Shown one piece after another: positions 28,522-40,500 of a stretch of 64,000 nucleotides of DNA. Every line of letters starts with the position of its first letter. Within the stretch, counting starts at the first letter, position 1. Under the pieces are notes generated by a model, which saw only the letters and a program-made list of their open reading frames with translations, was not told the DNA's origin and did not search any database. The stretch covers positions 29,594 to 93,593 of the forward strand of contig JBELAI010000002.1 of assembly GCA_049508975.1 (NCBI GenBank). The letters are read 5' to 3'. Origin of the DNA: Terracidiphilus sp. (GTDB lineage: Bacteria > Acidobacteriota > Terriglobia > Terriglobales > Acidobacteriaceae). Position numbers and translations under genes: made by a program.

Positions 28522-31500
28522 ATGTCAAGGTTCTTCATCAATCGGCCAATCGTGGCGATGGTCATATCCATCGTGCTGGTGCTTGTGGGGTCATTGACCA
28601 TTCTCACGCTGCCCGTGGCGCAATTTCCCAACATCGCGCCACCCGAGGTTCAGGTACTGGCAACTTACGTCGGCGCGGATGCGCAGACGTTGGAACAGGC
28701 GGTCGCCACGCCCATCGAGCAGCAAATGAACGGCGTGGACAACATGAACTACATGTACTCGCTGAATGCGACTGCGAATTCCACAACCAGCCTGATTGTC
28801 GACTTCGATATAAAGACCGATCCGAACAACGATTTTATTCTCGCGCAAGCCCGGGAAACACAGGCCGCTTCGCAACTTCCGGTGGATGTGACGAACTATG
28901 GCGTCACGGTCCGCAAATCCGTCACCGCGCCATTGATGCTCATTGCCGTCTACTCGCCTCACGGGACTTACAACGCCACGTTCCTCGCGAATTACACATA
29001 CATCAATCTTGTCGATCCCGTCCTGCGGTCGTACGGCGTCGGGAATGTGACGGTATTCGGCGCCGGCCAATACGCGATGCGCCTCTGGGTCAAGCCTGAC
29101 CAGTTGGCGAAGCTTGGCATCACGGTTCCGGAAATCATCAACGCAATTCAGGCTCAGAATACAGTGAATCCGGCCGGCACGGTTGGTGGCGAGCCTGCAC
29201 CCAAAGGGCAGGAGTTCACACATGCGGTGCTTGCCCAAGGCCGGCTCGTCTCGCCCGAGCAGTTCGGACAGATCGTGGTGCGCGAAACACCGGACGGCGG
29301 AATCGTGCGGGTGCGCGATGTGGCTCGAATCGAACTTGGAGCGCAGGATTACAGCGTCGCCGGACGGTTCAATGGCAAACCCAGTGCCGTGATTGCGGTT
29401 TATCAATTGCCAGGTTCCAATGCCGTGGAAGCCGCCAAGGGCGTCCAGAAACTGATCGCGAAGCTAAGCGAGCGATTCCCCGACGATCTGAATTCTGTCG
29501 TGGCGCTCGATACCACCCGCTCGGTCACCGAGGGAATCAAGGAAATTGTCGTGACGCTTGTGATCGCCCTCGCTCTGGTGATCCTTGTTGTTTTTCTTTT
29601 CCTGCAGGGTTGGCGCGCCACACTCATTCCCCTCCTGGCTGTCCCGGTTTCTTTAGTCGGGACTTTCGTGCTCTTTCCGCTTTTCGGCTTTTCGATTAAT
29701 ACGCTTTCGCTCTTCGGGCTTGTGCTGGCGATCGGGCTTGTCGTCGATGACGCCATCGTGGTTGTCGAGGGCGTGGAGCGGCACATCGAAGAGGGATTGA
29801 GCCCAAAGGAGGCGGCCCTGAGAGCCATGGAGGAGCTTTCTGGGCCAGTCATCGGCATCGCCCTCGTGTTGTCCGCAGTTTTCGTGCCGACAGCGTTCAT
29901 CCCCGGAATCACCGGCCGCCTCTATCAGCAGTTCGCTGTCACGATCGCGATTTCGGTCCTCCTGTCCGCGTTCAATGCGCTCACGCTCAGCCCCGCGCTT
30001 GCCGCACTATTGCTGCGGCCCCGGCAACCGAGCCACAGTCTCTTGCGGAAATTCTTCGACGGGTTCAACAACCTCTTCGATCGGCTCACGAAGGGATATG
30101 TGAGCTGGAGCGCGGTGCTGGTGCGGAAGAGCGTTTTTGTGGCCGTGCTGCTGGTTGTGTTTGGCGTTGCCGCGGGTTTTTTCTCGAGCCGAATTCCGAC
30201 CAGCTTTCTTCCCGACGAAGATCAGGGCTACGCCTACGTTAATGTTCAGCTTCCCAACGCGGCGTCGCTGGAACGAACCACCGCGGTTGTGCAGGATGTG
30301 GAAAAGACCATCATGAATACGCCTGGCGTTCAGAATTCCACCTGCTTTGTCGGGTTCAGCTTGTTGAGTTTTGTTCGCACCAGCTATAACGCCACATTTT
30401 TCGTTACATTCAAGCCGTGGGATGAGCGGCACACGCGGGATCAGCAGTTCCAGACGCTCAAAGCCCACCTGAATCGCGAATTCGCCAAGGTGCCTGCGGC
30501 AGTCGTATTTGGCTTCTCTCCTCCTGCGATTCCGGGTGTGGGAACTTCAGGCGGTTTCACGTTCATGCTCGAAGACCGCTCCGGCGGAGATGTGCAGTTC
30601 CTCGCCAAGAACCTCGCCACATTTCTCGAGGCTGCGCGCAAGCGGCCGGAAATCGGCACCCTGAGTACTACGTTCCTGCCCAATGTTCCCCAGGAATTCG
30701 TCGACGTAGATCGCGACAAGGTTTTGAAGCAAGGCGTCCCGCTGACCGACGTGTATCGTACCATCCAGACCTTCATGGGCGGATACTTCGTGAATTACTT
30801 CAATCGCTTTGGCCGTCAGTGGCAGGTGTACATCGAGGCCGAAGGCGAGGACCGCTCCAGCGCTGAAAATGTCGGCCAGTTCTACGTGCGCAATAACAAG
30901 GGAGGGAACGTTCCTCTTGCCACGCTGACAACGATCAAGCCGCGCCTGGGACCCGAGTTCATGCTGCGGTTCAACGAATACCGCTCGGCGCAGATCAACG
31001 GCAGCGCGGCTCCCGGTTATAGCGCCGATCAGGCGACCGCCGCTCTTGAAGAAGTGTTCAAGCAATCCATGCCGCGCGAGATGGGATTCGATTATTCCGG
31101 CATCTCGTTCCAGGAGCAAAAGGCACGCGAGGGCGTTCCGCCGGCCGTCGTCTTTGCGTTATCGCTCCTGTTTGTTTTTCTCATCCTTGCCGCGCTGTAC
31201 GAAAGCTGGTCGCTGCCCTTCAGCGTACTCCTCAGCACACCTGTCGCCGTGTTCGGAGCGTTCTTTGTTCTTTGGCTGCGCAGGACTCTACTCGGGTATT
31301 TCCTTCCGCCTTATCTGGTGCAGATCGAGAGCGACATCTACTCACAGATAGGGCTGGTCATGCTGATTGGCCTTGCGGCGAAGAATGCCATCCTGATTGT
31401 CGAATTTGCAAAGGCCGAATACGAGAAAGGAAAGTCGCTGGCCGATGCCGCACTCGAGGGCGCGAGATTGCGGCTGAGGCCGATCCTGATGACTTCGCTG

Positions 31501-31725
31501 GCATTCGTCTTTGGATGCATCCCGCTGTGGACGGCGACCGGCGCCGGCTCGGTGGCGCGCCAGATCATGGGCACGACCGTGATTGGAGGGATGCTGGCAG
31601 CGAGCGCCATCGGAATCTTCTTCATCCCGGCGATCTTCTACCTGGTCGAAAGATGGTCGGGGGCCGGAGAGGAGGCAGCGTCATCGTCGCTGCCGATGAA
31701 AGCAATCCCGGAGACCGGAGACTGA
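28522..31725 (+). CDS. RND efflux permease (HAE1, AcrB/MexB-like)
   Basis: [46 protein letters not shown]. Confidence 0.95.
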   Translation: MSRFFINRPIVAMVISIVLVLVGSLTILTLPVAQFPNIAPPEVQVLATYVGADAQTLEQAVATPIEQQMNGVDNMNYMYSLNATANSTTSLIVDFDIKTDPNNDFILAQARETQAASQLPVDVTNYGVTVRKSVTAPLMLIAVYSPHGTYNATFLANYTYINLVDPVLRSYGVGNVTVFGAGQYAMRLWVKPDQLAKLGITVPEIINAIQAQNTVNPAGTVGGEPAPKGQEFTHAVLAQGRLVSPEQFGQIVVRETPDGGIVRVRDVARIELGAQDYSVAGRFNGKPSAVIAVYQLPGSNAVEAAKGVQKLIAKLSERFPDDLNSVVALDTTRSVTEGIKEIVVTLVIALALVILVVFLFLQGWRATLIPLLAVPVSLVGTFVLFPLFGFSINTLSLFGLVLAIGLVVDDAIVVVEGVERHIEEGLSPKEAALRAMEELSGPVIGIALVLSAVFVPTAFIPGITGRLYQQFAVTIAISVLLSAFNALTLSPALAALLLRPRQPSHSLLRKFFDGFNNLFDRLTKGYVSWSAVLVRKSVFVAVLLVVFGVAAGFFSSRIPTSFLPDEDQGYAYVNVQLPNAASLERTTAVVQDVEKTIMNTPGVQNSTCFVGFSLLSFVRTSYNATFFVTFKPWDERHTRDQQFQTLKAHLNREFAKVPAAVVFGFSPPAIPGVGTSGGFTFMLEDRSGGDVQFLAKNLATFLEAARKRPEIGTLSTTFLPNVPQEFVDVDRDKVLKQGVPLTDVYRTIQTFMGGYFVNYFNRFGRQWQVYIEAEGEDRSSAENVGQFYVRNNKGGNVPLATLTTIKPRLGPEFMLRFNEYRSAQINGSAAPGYSADQATAALEEVFKQSMPREMGFDYSGISFQEQKAREGVPPAVVFALSLLFVFLILAALYESWSLPFSVLLSTPVAVFGAFFVLWLRRTLLGYFLPPYLVQIESDIYSQIGLVMLIGLAAKNAILIVEFAKAEYEKGKSLADAALEGARLRLRPILMTSLAFVFGCIPLWTATGAGSVARQIMGTTVIGGMLAASAIGIFFIPAIFYLVERWSGAGEEAASSSLPMKAIPETGD

Positions 31726-31726
31726 T

Positions 31727-33244
31727 GTGAATCCCTTCAAAGGCCAATCCGAAAAAAGGGAGCAGGGTTTGCAAATCACGAGATTCGCGGGCCTCGTTGT
31801 TGGCGCGTTGACGGTGGGTTCGCTTGTCGGTTGCACGGTTGGCCCGAACTATCATCGGCCGAATGTTCAGACTCCGACGAGCTTTCGCACTCTTGCGCCG
31901 GACGCCCAGGCGCAGGCACAGACGTCTTCGTACGCGGATCTTCTCTGGTGGGAAGCCTTTCACGATCCGAAGCTGCAGACTCTCATTCGCGCAGCACTTA
32001 AGCAGGATTACGATTTGCAGCTTGCCACGGAGCGCATCAACGCCGCCCGCGCCCAGCTCATCGTCGCACGGTCGAGCCTCTTTCCCCAGGTGGGAGGCGA
32101 CGCCAGTTTTAGCGGTGGGAAAGAGCCGACCTTCCAGTCAACGTACAACATTCTGACACTGACCGCCGATGCCACATTTCAGCTTGACTTGTTCGGAAAG
32201 CTGCGGCGGGCGACACAAGCGTCGCGTGCCGAGTTGCTGGCTACCGAAGACGCGAAGCAGACGGTGATTCTCACTTTAGTCAGCGACATTGCGGCAGATT
32301 ACTACACGCTCCTTCAACTCGACCTGCAACTCCAGATAACGCATGAGACAGTGAAGACCCAGACCGATTCGATCAAGCTGACAAATTATCGCCTGCAAAA
32401 CGGAGTAGCGACCAAGCTCGACGTTCTGCAGGCTCAGCAGGTTCTCGATATCGCCAACGCACAGATACCCGATCTGGAACGGCTCATCGCGCAGGAGGAA
32501 GACGCCATCAGTATTCTGATCGGCGACTACCCCGAGTCCGTGCAGCGCGGGCTGCCGCTGATTGAGCAGACATTACCGCCCGAAGTACCACCGGGTCTCC
32601 CTTCAGCTCTGATCGAACGCCGCCCGGACATTCGCGAGGCTGAGCATGTCCTGGTCGCGACGAATGCGGAGGTGGGAGTCGCCAAGGCCGAGTTCTTTCC
32701 GCAGATCTCATTGACCGGGTCCGGCGGTGGGGCATTCGGCCGCAGCAGCGCATTTTCAAGCCTCATGGATACGCATCTTGGCATCTGGTCGTATGGCGCT
32801 CAGGTGAGCCAGCCGATCTTCACCGGCGGCGCACTGCGCGGCAACCTGCGCCTGGCGGAATCCGAAAACAAGCAAGCTCTGATTGGATACCGCCAAACCA
32901 TTCAGCGTGCCTTCGGCGATGTGTCCGACGCACTGATCGGCTACCAGAAATTCCACGAAGTTCGACTGCGTCAGCAAGAGACAGTGGCCGACCTGCAGGA
33001 GACAGTGCGGATCTCCAAGGTCCGCTACCAGGGAGGGACAACCACCTATCTGGAAGTCCTTGATGGTCAACGTTCACTTTATTCGTCCGAACTCACACTT
33101 GCCGAAGCGCGCGGCGATGAATACCGCAGTCTTGTCCAGCTCTACAAAGCCCTCGGAGGCGGCTGGGAGCAGCAAGGTGGGCAAGCGCAAGGTGTCCAAC
33201 CCGCGCCAGCATCGAACGGCAACGGCTCTGGAGGATATCGATAG
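31727..33244 (+). CDS. RND outer-membrane factor lipoprotein (NodT/OprM-like)
   Basis: Lipobox LVGC-TVGPNY, PSALIERRPDI, AEFFPQISLTG, LYKALGGGW. Confidence 0.93.
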   Translation: MNPFKGQSEKREQGLQITRFAGLVVGALTVGSLVGCTVGPNYHRPNVQTPTSFRTLAPDAQAQAQTSSYADLLWWEAFHDPKLQTLIRAALKQDYDLQLATERINAARAQLIVARSSLFPQVGGDASFSGGKEPTFQSTYNILTLTADATFQLDLFGKLRRATQASRAELLATEDAKQTVILTLVSDIAADYYTLLQLDLQLQITHETVKTQTDSIKLTNYRLQNGVATKLDVLQAQQVLDIANAQIPDLERLIAQEEDAISILIGDYPESVQRGLPLIEQTLPPEVPPGLPSALIERRPDIREAEHVLVATNAEVGVAKAEFFPQISLTGSGGGAFGRSSAFSSLMDTHLGIWSYGAQVSQPIFTGGALRGNLRLAESENKQALIGYRQTIQRAFGDVSDALIGYQKFHEVRLRQQETVADLQETVRISKVRYQGGTTTYLEVLDGQRSLYSSELTLAEARGDEYRSLVQLYKALGGGWEQQGGQAQGVQPAPASNGNGSGGYR

Positions 33245-33401
33245 CCGGATCTGTCCGTCCGATCAAATTGCCGCGCCAGCTCCAGGAAGAATTCCTGCGC
33301 ATCTCCGTGGAAGAACAATTGGCGCTTCGGCTCAAAGTCAGTTCGAAGCGGGCCGACAAATTATATGAATCTGGCAAGTGGTCAGGGCATCGAAGAACAT
33401 C

Positions 33402-34214
33402 ATGAGGCTCAAGTTAAAAAGCGGATTTCTTACTGCGCTGACTCTGGCGGCGTCGATGGCGTGGGCCGATACATTGGAGTTGAAAAACGGCAGCCTGATT
33501 AAGGGCAAGTTCATGGGTGGCACGGATACCGAAATCAGCTTCCAGGTCGGCTCGACAGTGCAGAAATATAACGTCGCTGACATCGTATCGCTCAAGTTCG
33601 ATTCGGAAGGCGCAGCAAGCGCCCCGGCGCCGCAGCCGCAGAGTTCGCTTCCCGACGCTCCGGCGGCGGTAGTGCATGTCGAATCGAAGCCGGCCTATGT
33701 AACTATCCCAACCGGGACACGAATCTCTGTACGCACCATCGATACCATCGATTCCACCGATAGCTTCGTGGGAGACCGCTTCCAGGCTTCGCTCGAAGAG
33801 CCCCTGACGATGGATGGCAACGTGGTGGTCGCGAGAGATGCCCTCGTCTATGGCCGCCTGACGGAATCGAAGGAGTCAGGAACATTCGCCGGCAGATCGC
33901 AGCTACGCCTGGAGCTGACCGGGATTGTGGTGAATGGCAAGATGGTGCCCGTGGTGACGGGGGAATATGAAGTGACCGGCAAGTCGCGCGGCGCGAGCAC
34001 CGCGAAGAGAACTTTCGGCGGAGCGGCTCTCGGAGCGCTCATCGGCGCCGTTGCCGACGGCGGCGAGGGGGCGGCGATCGGCGCGGGCGTCGGCGCAGGT
34101 GCCGGCGCAAGCTCGGAAATCATTATCGGGGGTGAACAGGTAAAGGTGCCGAGCGAAACTCTGCTCGATTTCACGCTCCAGCAAGAAGTGTCGATACCGA
34201 CGCCTCAGAGCTAG
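33402..34214 (+). CDS. Secreted hypothetical protein with glycine zipper (acidobacterial family)
   Basis: Signal peptide; VTIPTGTRISVRTIDTIDS domain; GGAALGALIGA...GAAIGAGVGAGAG. Confidence 0.75.
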   Translation: MRLKLKSGFLTALTLAASMAWADTLELKNGSLIKGKFMGGTDTEISFQVGSTVQKYNVADIVSLKFDSEGAASAPAPQPQSSLPDAPAAVVHVESKPAYVTIPTGTRISVRTIDTIDSTDSFVGDRFQASLEEPLTMDGNVVVARDALVYGRLTESKESGTFAGRSQLRLELTGIVVNGKMVPVVTGEYEVTGKSRGASTAKRTFGGAALGALIGAVADGGEGAAIGAGVGAGAGASSEIIIGGEQVKVPSETLLDFTLQQEVSIPTPQS

Positions 34215-34400
34215 TTCGGATCGTCCGCACTTTCGGTGCAGGTTCAAGCCTTGCTTTTCGAGGTCCCTGGGTAATACAGCAGGCTGGAACAATCACCGTC
34301 GGACAACTGATGTTGTGGCCAGGAGCTCCTATAGCCGCATGAGAACTCCTGGCCCCGCGCGTTACCTGTGCGTCGAATGCGCCCACGTGCTCTCGACATG

Positions 34401-36671
34401 TCACCGTGGCATTGGCCACGTGATCGTCCAGGCATTTCCTTCGGGTGACACCGCGACCCCCACTCCGGCGTAGCTCTGCATGTTGACCCATTTGCCGCCG
34501 GTCTGCATCTGGTATACGCTGAAGTCGCCAAAGGGGCCCGGTTTGGGGGTGCAGCCGATGACCCACGGAGTTCCGTTGGTGAGTCCGCGCGAATTCGGTC
34601 CAACCCCGATGTTGATCGCACAGCCACCCGCGGCGTTCTCGACGAACTTGCTTCCGTTCCAGTAGAGGATTTGTCCTTTCTTGTTCAGGGCCCATGCGTT
34701 GCCCTCTGGCGATACCGCGAGCCGGGTTGCAACATCGCTCTGCATCTCGACCCATTTGCCGTCGGTTTGCATTTGAAAGACGTTATAGTTTCCATCGGCG
34801 GCTGCGTGGCAGCCTGTCGTCCACGGCGTTCCGCGCGTAAGTCCGCGCGAATCCGGTCCAACAGCAATCATCGTGGCGCAGCCACCCGTAGGGTTCGCAA
34901 CAAATTTACTTCCGTTCCAGTATAGGATGTCTCCTTTCGCGTTGAGTGCCCATATGTCACCCTCTGGCGATGTCGCAACCTGGGTTGCGATGTCGCTCTG
35001 CATTTTTACCCATGCGCCCCCGGTTTGCATTTGGTAAACGGTATAGTTTCCATCGGCGGCTGCACTGCAGCCGGTGGACCACGGTGTTCCCCTCGTCAGT
35101 CCGCGGGAGTTCGGTCCAACAGCTAACCAGGAGGCGCAACCGAAGATGACGCCGGGCTGCGTGTTCGGCGACGCTTGAGGAGTGGAGAGGCTGTCGAAAC
35201 TACTGCCATCCCAGTAGTAGATATTTGACGACAACTGGCTCCACTTCACTGCGCCGGTGGGGAGCGTGATGATGAAATGCGCGTCGCCAAATACGAACGG
35301 AGCGCTCACGGCACTGTCGGTCCACAGCGAGACGGTTGGATCGGTGCTTGTTGTCACCGTTTTGCCTGTTGCCGAGGAACCCTGGACCACCAGGGCGCTG
35401 CCGGTCATCGTCACCGTCGAGATGCCTACCCACTCTTTGTCACAATTTGTTTTCGACGGGCAGTTTCCGCTTACTTCCCCGGTGTCATCTTCAATAATGA
35501 ATTCCGCGGTTTTGCCAAGAGCGCCATTCGTCAGGTATTTCGACTCGATAGGGTAGGACTGGCAGTCTGAGCTGTTGCTCTGATCGCATTCCCATTCTAT
35601 TTTCTGGGTTTTGTCGATCATGATCGAGCACCCATATCCGCCCGCCATTTTCACGTGCCCCTTGGAGTCGCAATACCACTCCTCGGAAAAAATTTCGTCG
35701 CCTTTCTTCGGTGTAAAGTCCACTCCCTGCTCATCGATGCTCCCTTTCGGGAGATCGTGATAAAAATTCTGACGGTGAATGCCATAGGTCCCGACTAAAG
35801 GTGTTGCGTTCACATCGACGATGGCCTGGAAGACATTATCGAGCCCGTTCCAGATCGTGAGTGCGCTGTTCCTGGTCGCAAAGAGGTTGGGATAGATCGT
35901 GGGAACAACGAAGTCGGCCTGGTTTTTTACGTAACCGTAGGTCTTGGCGGACGTGGAATTCAGCTGGTAAGAGCCACTGAGGATGGCTCCGGTCCAGTAG
36001 TTCTGTGGGGAAAGGTAAACCGCCTCCGGCTCAATTGATTCGGTCCTGTCCGCGGCAACGTTGAATGGAGTGGCCAGGCGCGAAGCTTGTGGCGCCGACG
36101 AAGCTCGCGGTGCCGCACGGAGCTTGTACGCGGGCTCCGTCACCGCAGCCAGCCACGCCTGGTATCCGTCCGGATCCTCTTTTGGGTCGGGGCGCAGTCC
36201 GTAGCCGGCTTCAACCAATTGGTCCTGGCTGTAACTTAGCGGATCGCCGGTAAGTCCCGACCGAATCGCCAAATTCGCGCTCGACGGGTCGAACGGGCGC
36301 TCAACGAAGGTCTCGTCCGACCGAAGATCGACGAGGAAGGTGTTGGCATTTCCGTTGGAATCGGTGCAATCGAGCGCCAGTTGGTCGACACTAGCCGGAA
36401 GAGTCGGACGCACGGCTAGAAACCTGGCCACGCCGTCTGCATCCGATCTGAGCGGAATGGATTGTGACGGGTCCTGGTTGTCTTTAGGGTGAAGAACGCA
36501 GTCGTTTCCTGCTGGAACAAAAACCGAAGCGGGCTCGAATTGAGGACGACCGTCAGGTCCCGTGACCTGCGAATGCGCGCCACGACAGAATACCAGCACA
36601 CCCAAAATCAGGACGGCGGCGCAAACTGCATTCGGGTGACCGGGAGAGCTGTGCACCAAAATGTTTTTCAT
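34401..36671 (-). CDS. Secreted G1 (eqolisin)-like glutamic peptidase fused to a C-terminal tectonin-like beta-propeller
   Basis: GAGGAGG RBS, signal peptide; propeptide-like YGLRPDP...YQAW; NYWTGA, IWNGLD-VFQA, TAEFIIED; three 86-aa C-terminal repeats. Confidence 0.65.
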   Translation of the reverse strand: MKNILVHSSPGHPNAVCAAVLILGVLVFCRGAHSQVTGPDGRPQFEPASVFVPAGNDCVLHPKDNQDPSQSIPLRSDADGVARFLAVRPTLPASVDQLALDCTDSNGNANTFLVDLRSDETFVERPFDPSSANLAIRSGLTGDPLSYSQDQLVEAGYGLRPDPKEDPDGYQAWLAAVTEPAYKLRAAPRASSAPQASRLATPFNVAADRTESIEPEAVYLSPQNYWTGAILSGSYQLNSTSAKTYGYVKNQADFVVPTIYPNLFATRNSALTIWNGLDNVFQAIVDVNATPLVGTYGIHRQNFYHDLPKGSIDEQGVDFTPKKGDEIFSEEWYCDSKGHVKMAGGYGCSIMIDKTQKIEWECDQSNSSDCQSYPIESKYLTNGALGKTAEFIIEDDTGEVSGNCPSKTNCDKEWVGISTVTMTGSALVVQGSSATGKTVTTSTDPTVSLWTDSAVSAPFVFGDAHFIITLPTGAVKWSQLSSNIYYWDGSSFDSLSTPQASPNTQPGVIFGCASWLAVGPNSRGLTRGTPWSTGCSAAADGNYTVYQMQTGGAWVKMQSDIATQVATSPEGDIWALNAKGDILYWNGSKFVANPTGGCATMIAVGPDSRGLTRGTPWTTGCHAAADGNYNVFQMQTDGKWVEMQSDVATRLAVSPEGNAWALNKKGQILYWNGSKFVENAAGGCAINIGVGPNSRGLTNGTPWVIGCTPKPGPFGDFSVYQMQTGGKWVNMQSYAGVGVAVSPEGNAWTITWPMPR
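34420..35230 (-). repeat. Three tandem 258-bp (86-aa) coding repeats
   Basis: GTCCGCG anchors at 34583, 34841, 35099 (period 258); unit GCA..AVGP.SRGLT.GTPW..GC....YQMQT.G.WV.MQS..A..A.SPEG..WALN.KG.ILYWNGSKFV. Confidence 0.9.
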
Positions 36672-37015
36672 GAGATTTTCCTCCTCTTTGCTCTTGTTTC
36701 AAGTTTGTCGCGCAGCTCCTGGAAGGCCAGATCGGACCATCGCTCTGAGCCGCAAAACGAGAACGGGCTTGGCTTTTGCATTCGCCCTCGTCTTCAAGAG
36801 CGGAAAAGGAGGGCGAAAACTGTAATGGGTGGAAAGATTCTTTTTCGGGTGGCTGGCCGGAAGCCCGATCCCATTGAGCGGCAGCTCGCCGACCCATACG
36901 GTCAAATACCCGCACGATCAAAGCTTCCTGCGCCCCTCAATGGTAGAAATGGCTGGAAAATCAATGAGCCGGAGTGCTAGCCTTGGCTGATCCATCCTGT
37001 TCTGGCGGTGCCAAA

Positions 37016-37597
37016 ATGGAGCCATCGGCAATCCAAATCACGCAACTTCTGCAGTCGTGGAGCCATGGCGATGAGGCGGCGATCGACAAATTGTTGCCGC
37101 TAGTCTACGACGAGTTGCATTCCATGGCGCGCCGCTACATGTTCAACGAGAAACCAGGTCACACGCTTCAAGCCACGGCGCTCGTAAACGAAGCCTATCT
37201 GCGCCTGGTGAACGCGTCCGGGGCGGACTGGCAGAACCGGACTCACTTCTTCGCGGTCAGTGCCCAGGTGATGCGGCGGATCCTGGTCGATTGGGCTCGT
37301 TCCCGCCATGCGGCGAAACGCGGAGACGATGTTCCCGCTCTCGAGCTCGACGAGGCGCTCGCCGTGCCTCTCAAAACCGGCACGGACATTGTTGCTGTCG
37401 ACGATGCCCTGAAAGCCCTGTCGCTATTGGACTCGCGCAAGAGCCAGATCGTGGAGTTGCGCTTCTTCGGTGGTTTAAGCGTGAAAGAGACCGCCGAGGT
37501 CTTGAAGGTCTCCGAGGAAACGGTGCACCGGGATTGGCGGCTTGCCAAGAGCTGGCTGCGTCGCGAGTTGGGCAAGGAGCAGCCCCATGGATACTGA
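37016..37597 (+). CDS. ECF sigma factor, STK-associated type (TIGR02999/ECF43-like)
   Basis: ITQLL..W..GD, VYDEL, HTLQATALVNEAYLRL, HFFA, MRRILVD.AR, VELRFFGGL, RDWRLAKSWL. Confidence 0.92.
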   Translation: MEPSAIQITQLLQSWSHGDEAAIDKLLPLVYDELHSMARRYMFNEKPGHTLQATALVNEAYLRLVNASGADWQNRTHFFAVSAQVMRRILVDWARSRHAAKRGDDVPALELDEALAVPLKTGTDIVAVDDALKALSLLDSRKSQIVELRFFGGLSVKETAEVLKVSEETVHRDWRLAKSWLRRELGKEQPHGY

Positions 37598-40500
37598 GCG
37601 CTGGCAACGGATCGAGTCCGTGTACCACGATGCGCTGGACCAGGAGCCAAGCCGAAGAGCAGCCTATGTCAAACAAGCCTGCGGCGGAGATGAGGCATTG
37701 CAGCAGGAAGTTCTATCCCTGCTTGCCGAGTCTGACGATGCGGAGGGCTTTCTTGAGGAGCCGGCCATGAAAGTGGCGGCGAGGGTCCTGGCCGCTGCCG
37801 GCGCTACGTCAGGCCATGCGGCAGCCTCTGGCCCACACTCCGACTTCATCGGCCGATATCGCCTCATTCGCCTGCTGGGTGAAGGCGGAATGGGCAGAGT
37901 TTACGAAGCGGAGCAGGATCAGCCGCGCCGCATTGTAGCGCTCAAGGTCATTCGTCCCGGGCTGACCACTCCCGAAGGTCTGCGTCGGTTCAGGCGCGAG
38001 TCTCAAGCGCTCGGGCGCCTGCAGCATCCAGGCATCGCACAGATTTACGAAGCAAATACCGCCGACACCGGCTTTGGGCCACAGCCCTACTTTGCGATGG
38101 AACTGGTCCGCGGGCCTTCCCTGGACGAATACGCCGAGACGCATCCGATGAATACCCGGCAGAAGCTCACGCTGATGGGCAGAATCTGCGAGGCCGTGCA
38201 GCACGCGCATGAGCGTGGGCTCATCCACCGCGATCTCAAGCCCGGCAACATCCTCATCGACGAGACGGGACAACCGAAGGTTCTGGACTTTGGTGTAGCT
38301 CGTGTTACGGAGAGCGAGGGACAACCGACGCTGCAGACCGAAATGGGCCAAATTGTTGGGACGCTGGCCTACATGAGTCCCGAGCAGGTGCTGGGAGATT
38401 CGCAGAATATCGACGCGCGCAGCGATGTCTACTCGCTCGGAGTCATTCTGTACGAACTGCTTTCGGGACGCCCTCCCTACAACGTGCGTGGACGCCAGGT
38501 CCATGAGGTTGTCCAGACAATCCGGCAAGACGATCCGACCGCATTGAGCTCCGTCAGCAGGAATTATCGCGGAGATATCGAGACCATCGTGGGCAAGGCA
38601 TTGGAAAAGGACAGGACGCGCCGTTATGGGTCGGCAGCAGCTCTGGCGGCCGACATCCAGCGCTACTTGAGCGATGAGCCGATTCTGGCGCGTCCGCCAA
38701 GCGCCGGATATCAGCTACAGAAGTTTGCGCGGCGCCATCGCGGACTGGTAGGTGGCGCGGCGGCGGTGTTTGTGGTGCTGGTGGCCGGAATCGCGGTGAG
38801 TACAGCGCTCGCGATCCGCGCCCACCGCGCGGAAAAGGCGGCGATCGAATCGCGGGATCGGGCCGTCGAAGCCGAACAGCAGACCCGCACGGAGCGCGAC
38901 CGGGCCACAGCCGCGGAGCAGATGGCCACCCGCCAGCGCGACCTCGCGGTGGCGGCGCAGAAAGAGGCGGTGAGCCAGCAGAAACGCGCGCTCGAAGAGA
39001 AGGCACGGGCTGACGATCAAGCTGCCACGGCAAAAGCGGAGAGCAACTTCCTGGAGAATGACCTGCTGGGGCAAGCCGGGACCCGCGCGCAGACGCGATC
39101 CGGCGTGAAACCAGATCCGGACTTGAAGGTGCGCACCGCACTGGATCGGGCGGCGGCACACATCGAGGGCAAATTCGACAAGCGGCCATTGGTTGAGGCT
39201 TCGCTCCAACTCAGCATCGGTAAGGCGTATCGCGATCTCGGCGTGTATCCTGAGGCGCAACGGCACATTGAGCGGGCCATTGAGCTGAGACGCCGGGCGC
39301 AGGGCGAGGAGAATCAGGATACTCTCACCAGCGTGCGCGATCTGGCCTCGTTGTACGCGAGCCAGGGAAAGTATCCCCAATCCACTGCCCTGTACAGCCA
39401 TGTACTTGACGGCCAGCGGCGCGTGCTCGGCAACGATCATCACGATACGGTCGAGACCATCTTCGAACTGGCGACGGTATACGACTCTACCGGCGACAGC
39501 GCGAAAGCCGAACCGCTTCTGAAGCAGGCGCTGGAGATGCAAACCCGCGTGCTGGGCAAGGAGAATATCGACACGCTGGAAACCGCCGATCGCCTGGCGA
39601 CGCTATATGTGAATCGCCATGAATATGGAAAGGCCGAACCGATCTTGACGGAAACGCTTGAGGCGCAGCGCCGCATTCTTGGCGAGGAGCATCCCGATAC
39701 GCTGCTCAGTATGCAGAACCTTGCGTCGCTCTACTGGAATGAGAACAAGTACGCGCAGGCCGAACCGCTCCTGACCAAAGCGCTCGAATTGCAGCGCCGT
39801 GAACTGGGCGATGAGAATCGGGAAACGCTCTATGGCATGAACATGCTGGCGTATCTCTACGAGCTGGAGGGCAAATTTGGCGAGTGCGAGGCGCTTTACG
39901 CTCGCGCGCTGGAGGTGGAGCGGCGCACTTTGGGGGAGGAGCACGGTGACACACTCGCGACCATGCAGAACCTGGGCGACGTCTACCACGAAGACGGTAA
40001 GTACAAAGAGGCTGAACCGCTGACCCTCAAAACCCTGGAAATCCGGCGCCGCCTGCGGGGCGATGAAGCCCGCGACACGCTGTCCAGCATGAACAACCTC
40101 GGAGACCTGTATTTTTCCGAAGGGAAATACTCGCAGGCAGAGCCCCTTTACACCAAGGTGTTGGAGGTCCGCCGGCGCACTCTCGGAGAAAAGGACGACC
40201 ATACCTTGAACAGCATGAACAACCTTTCAGAGTTGTACAAGGTGCGCGGCAAATTTGCCGAGGCCGAGCCGCTGTTGACCAAGGCGCTTGAGACGCGGCG
40301 CGGCCTGCTTGGCGACGAGCATCCCGACACACTGGAAAGCATGCGTGCCCTGGGCGGGCTCTACCGCCTTGAAGGCAGATACGCTGAAGCGGAAACGCTG
40401 CTGAACAAGGCATTGGAAACGCGGCGGCGCGTGCAGGGCGCCGAGCACCCAGAAACGCTCGGTACCCTCGATGACCTCGCCGCGCTGCGTGAGAGCGAGG

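Noticed and set aside
28515-29099. Alternative-frame ORFs within the RND permease (also 31272-31730), possible frameshift
   Set aside because: The permease is full length (1067 aa) in one frame.
34420-35230. Repeats as a CRISPR array or DGR template/variable repeat
   Set aside because: In-frame 258-bp coding repeats with no spacers, no obvious adenine-specific variation, and no cas or reverse transcriptase nearby.
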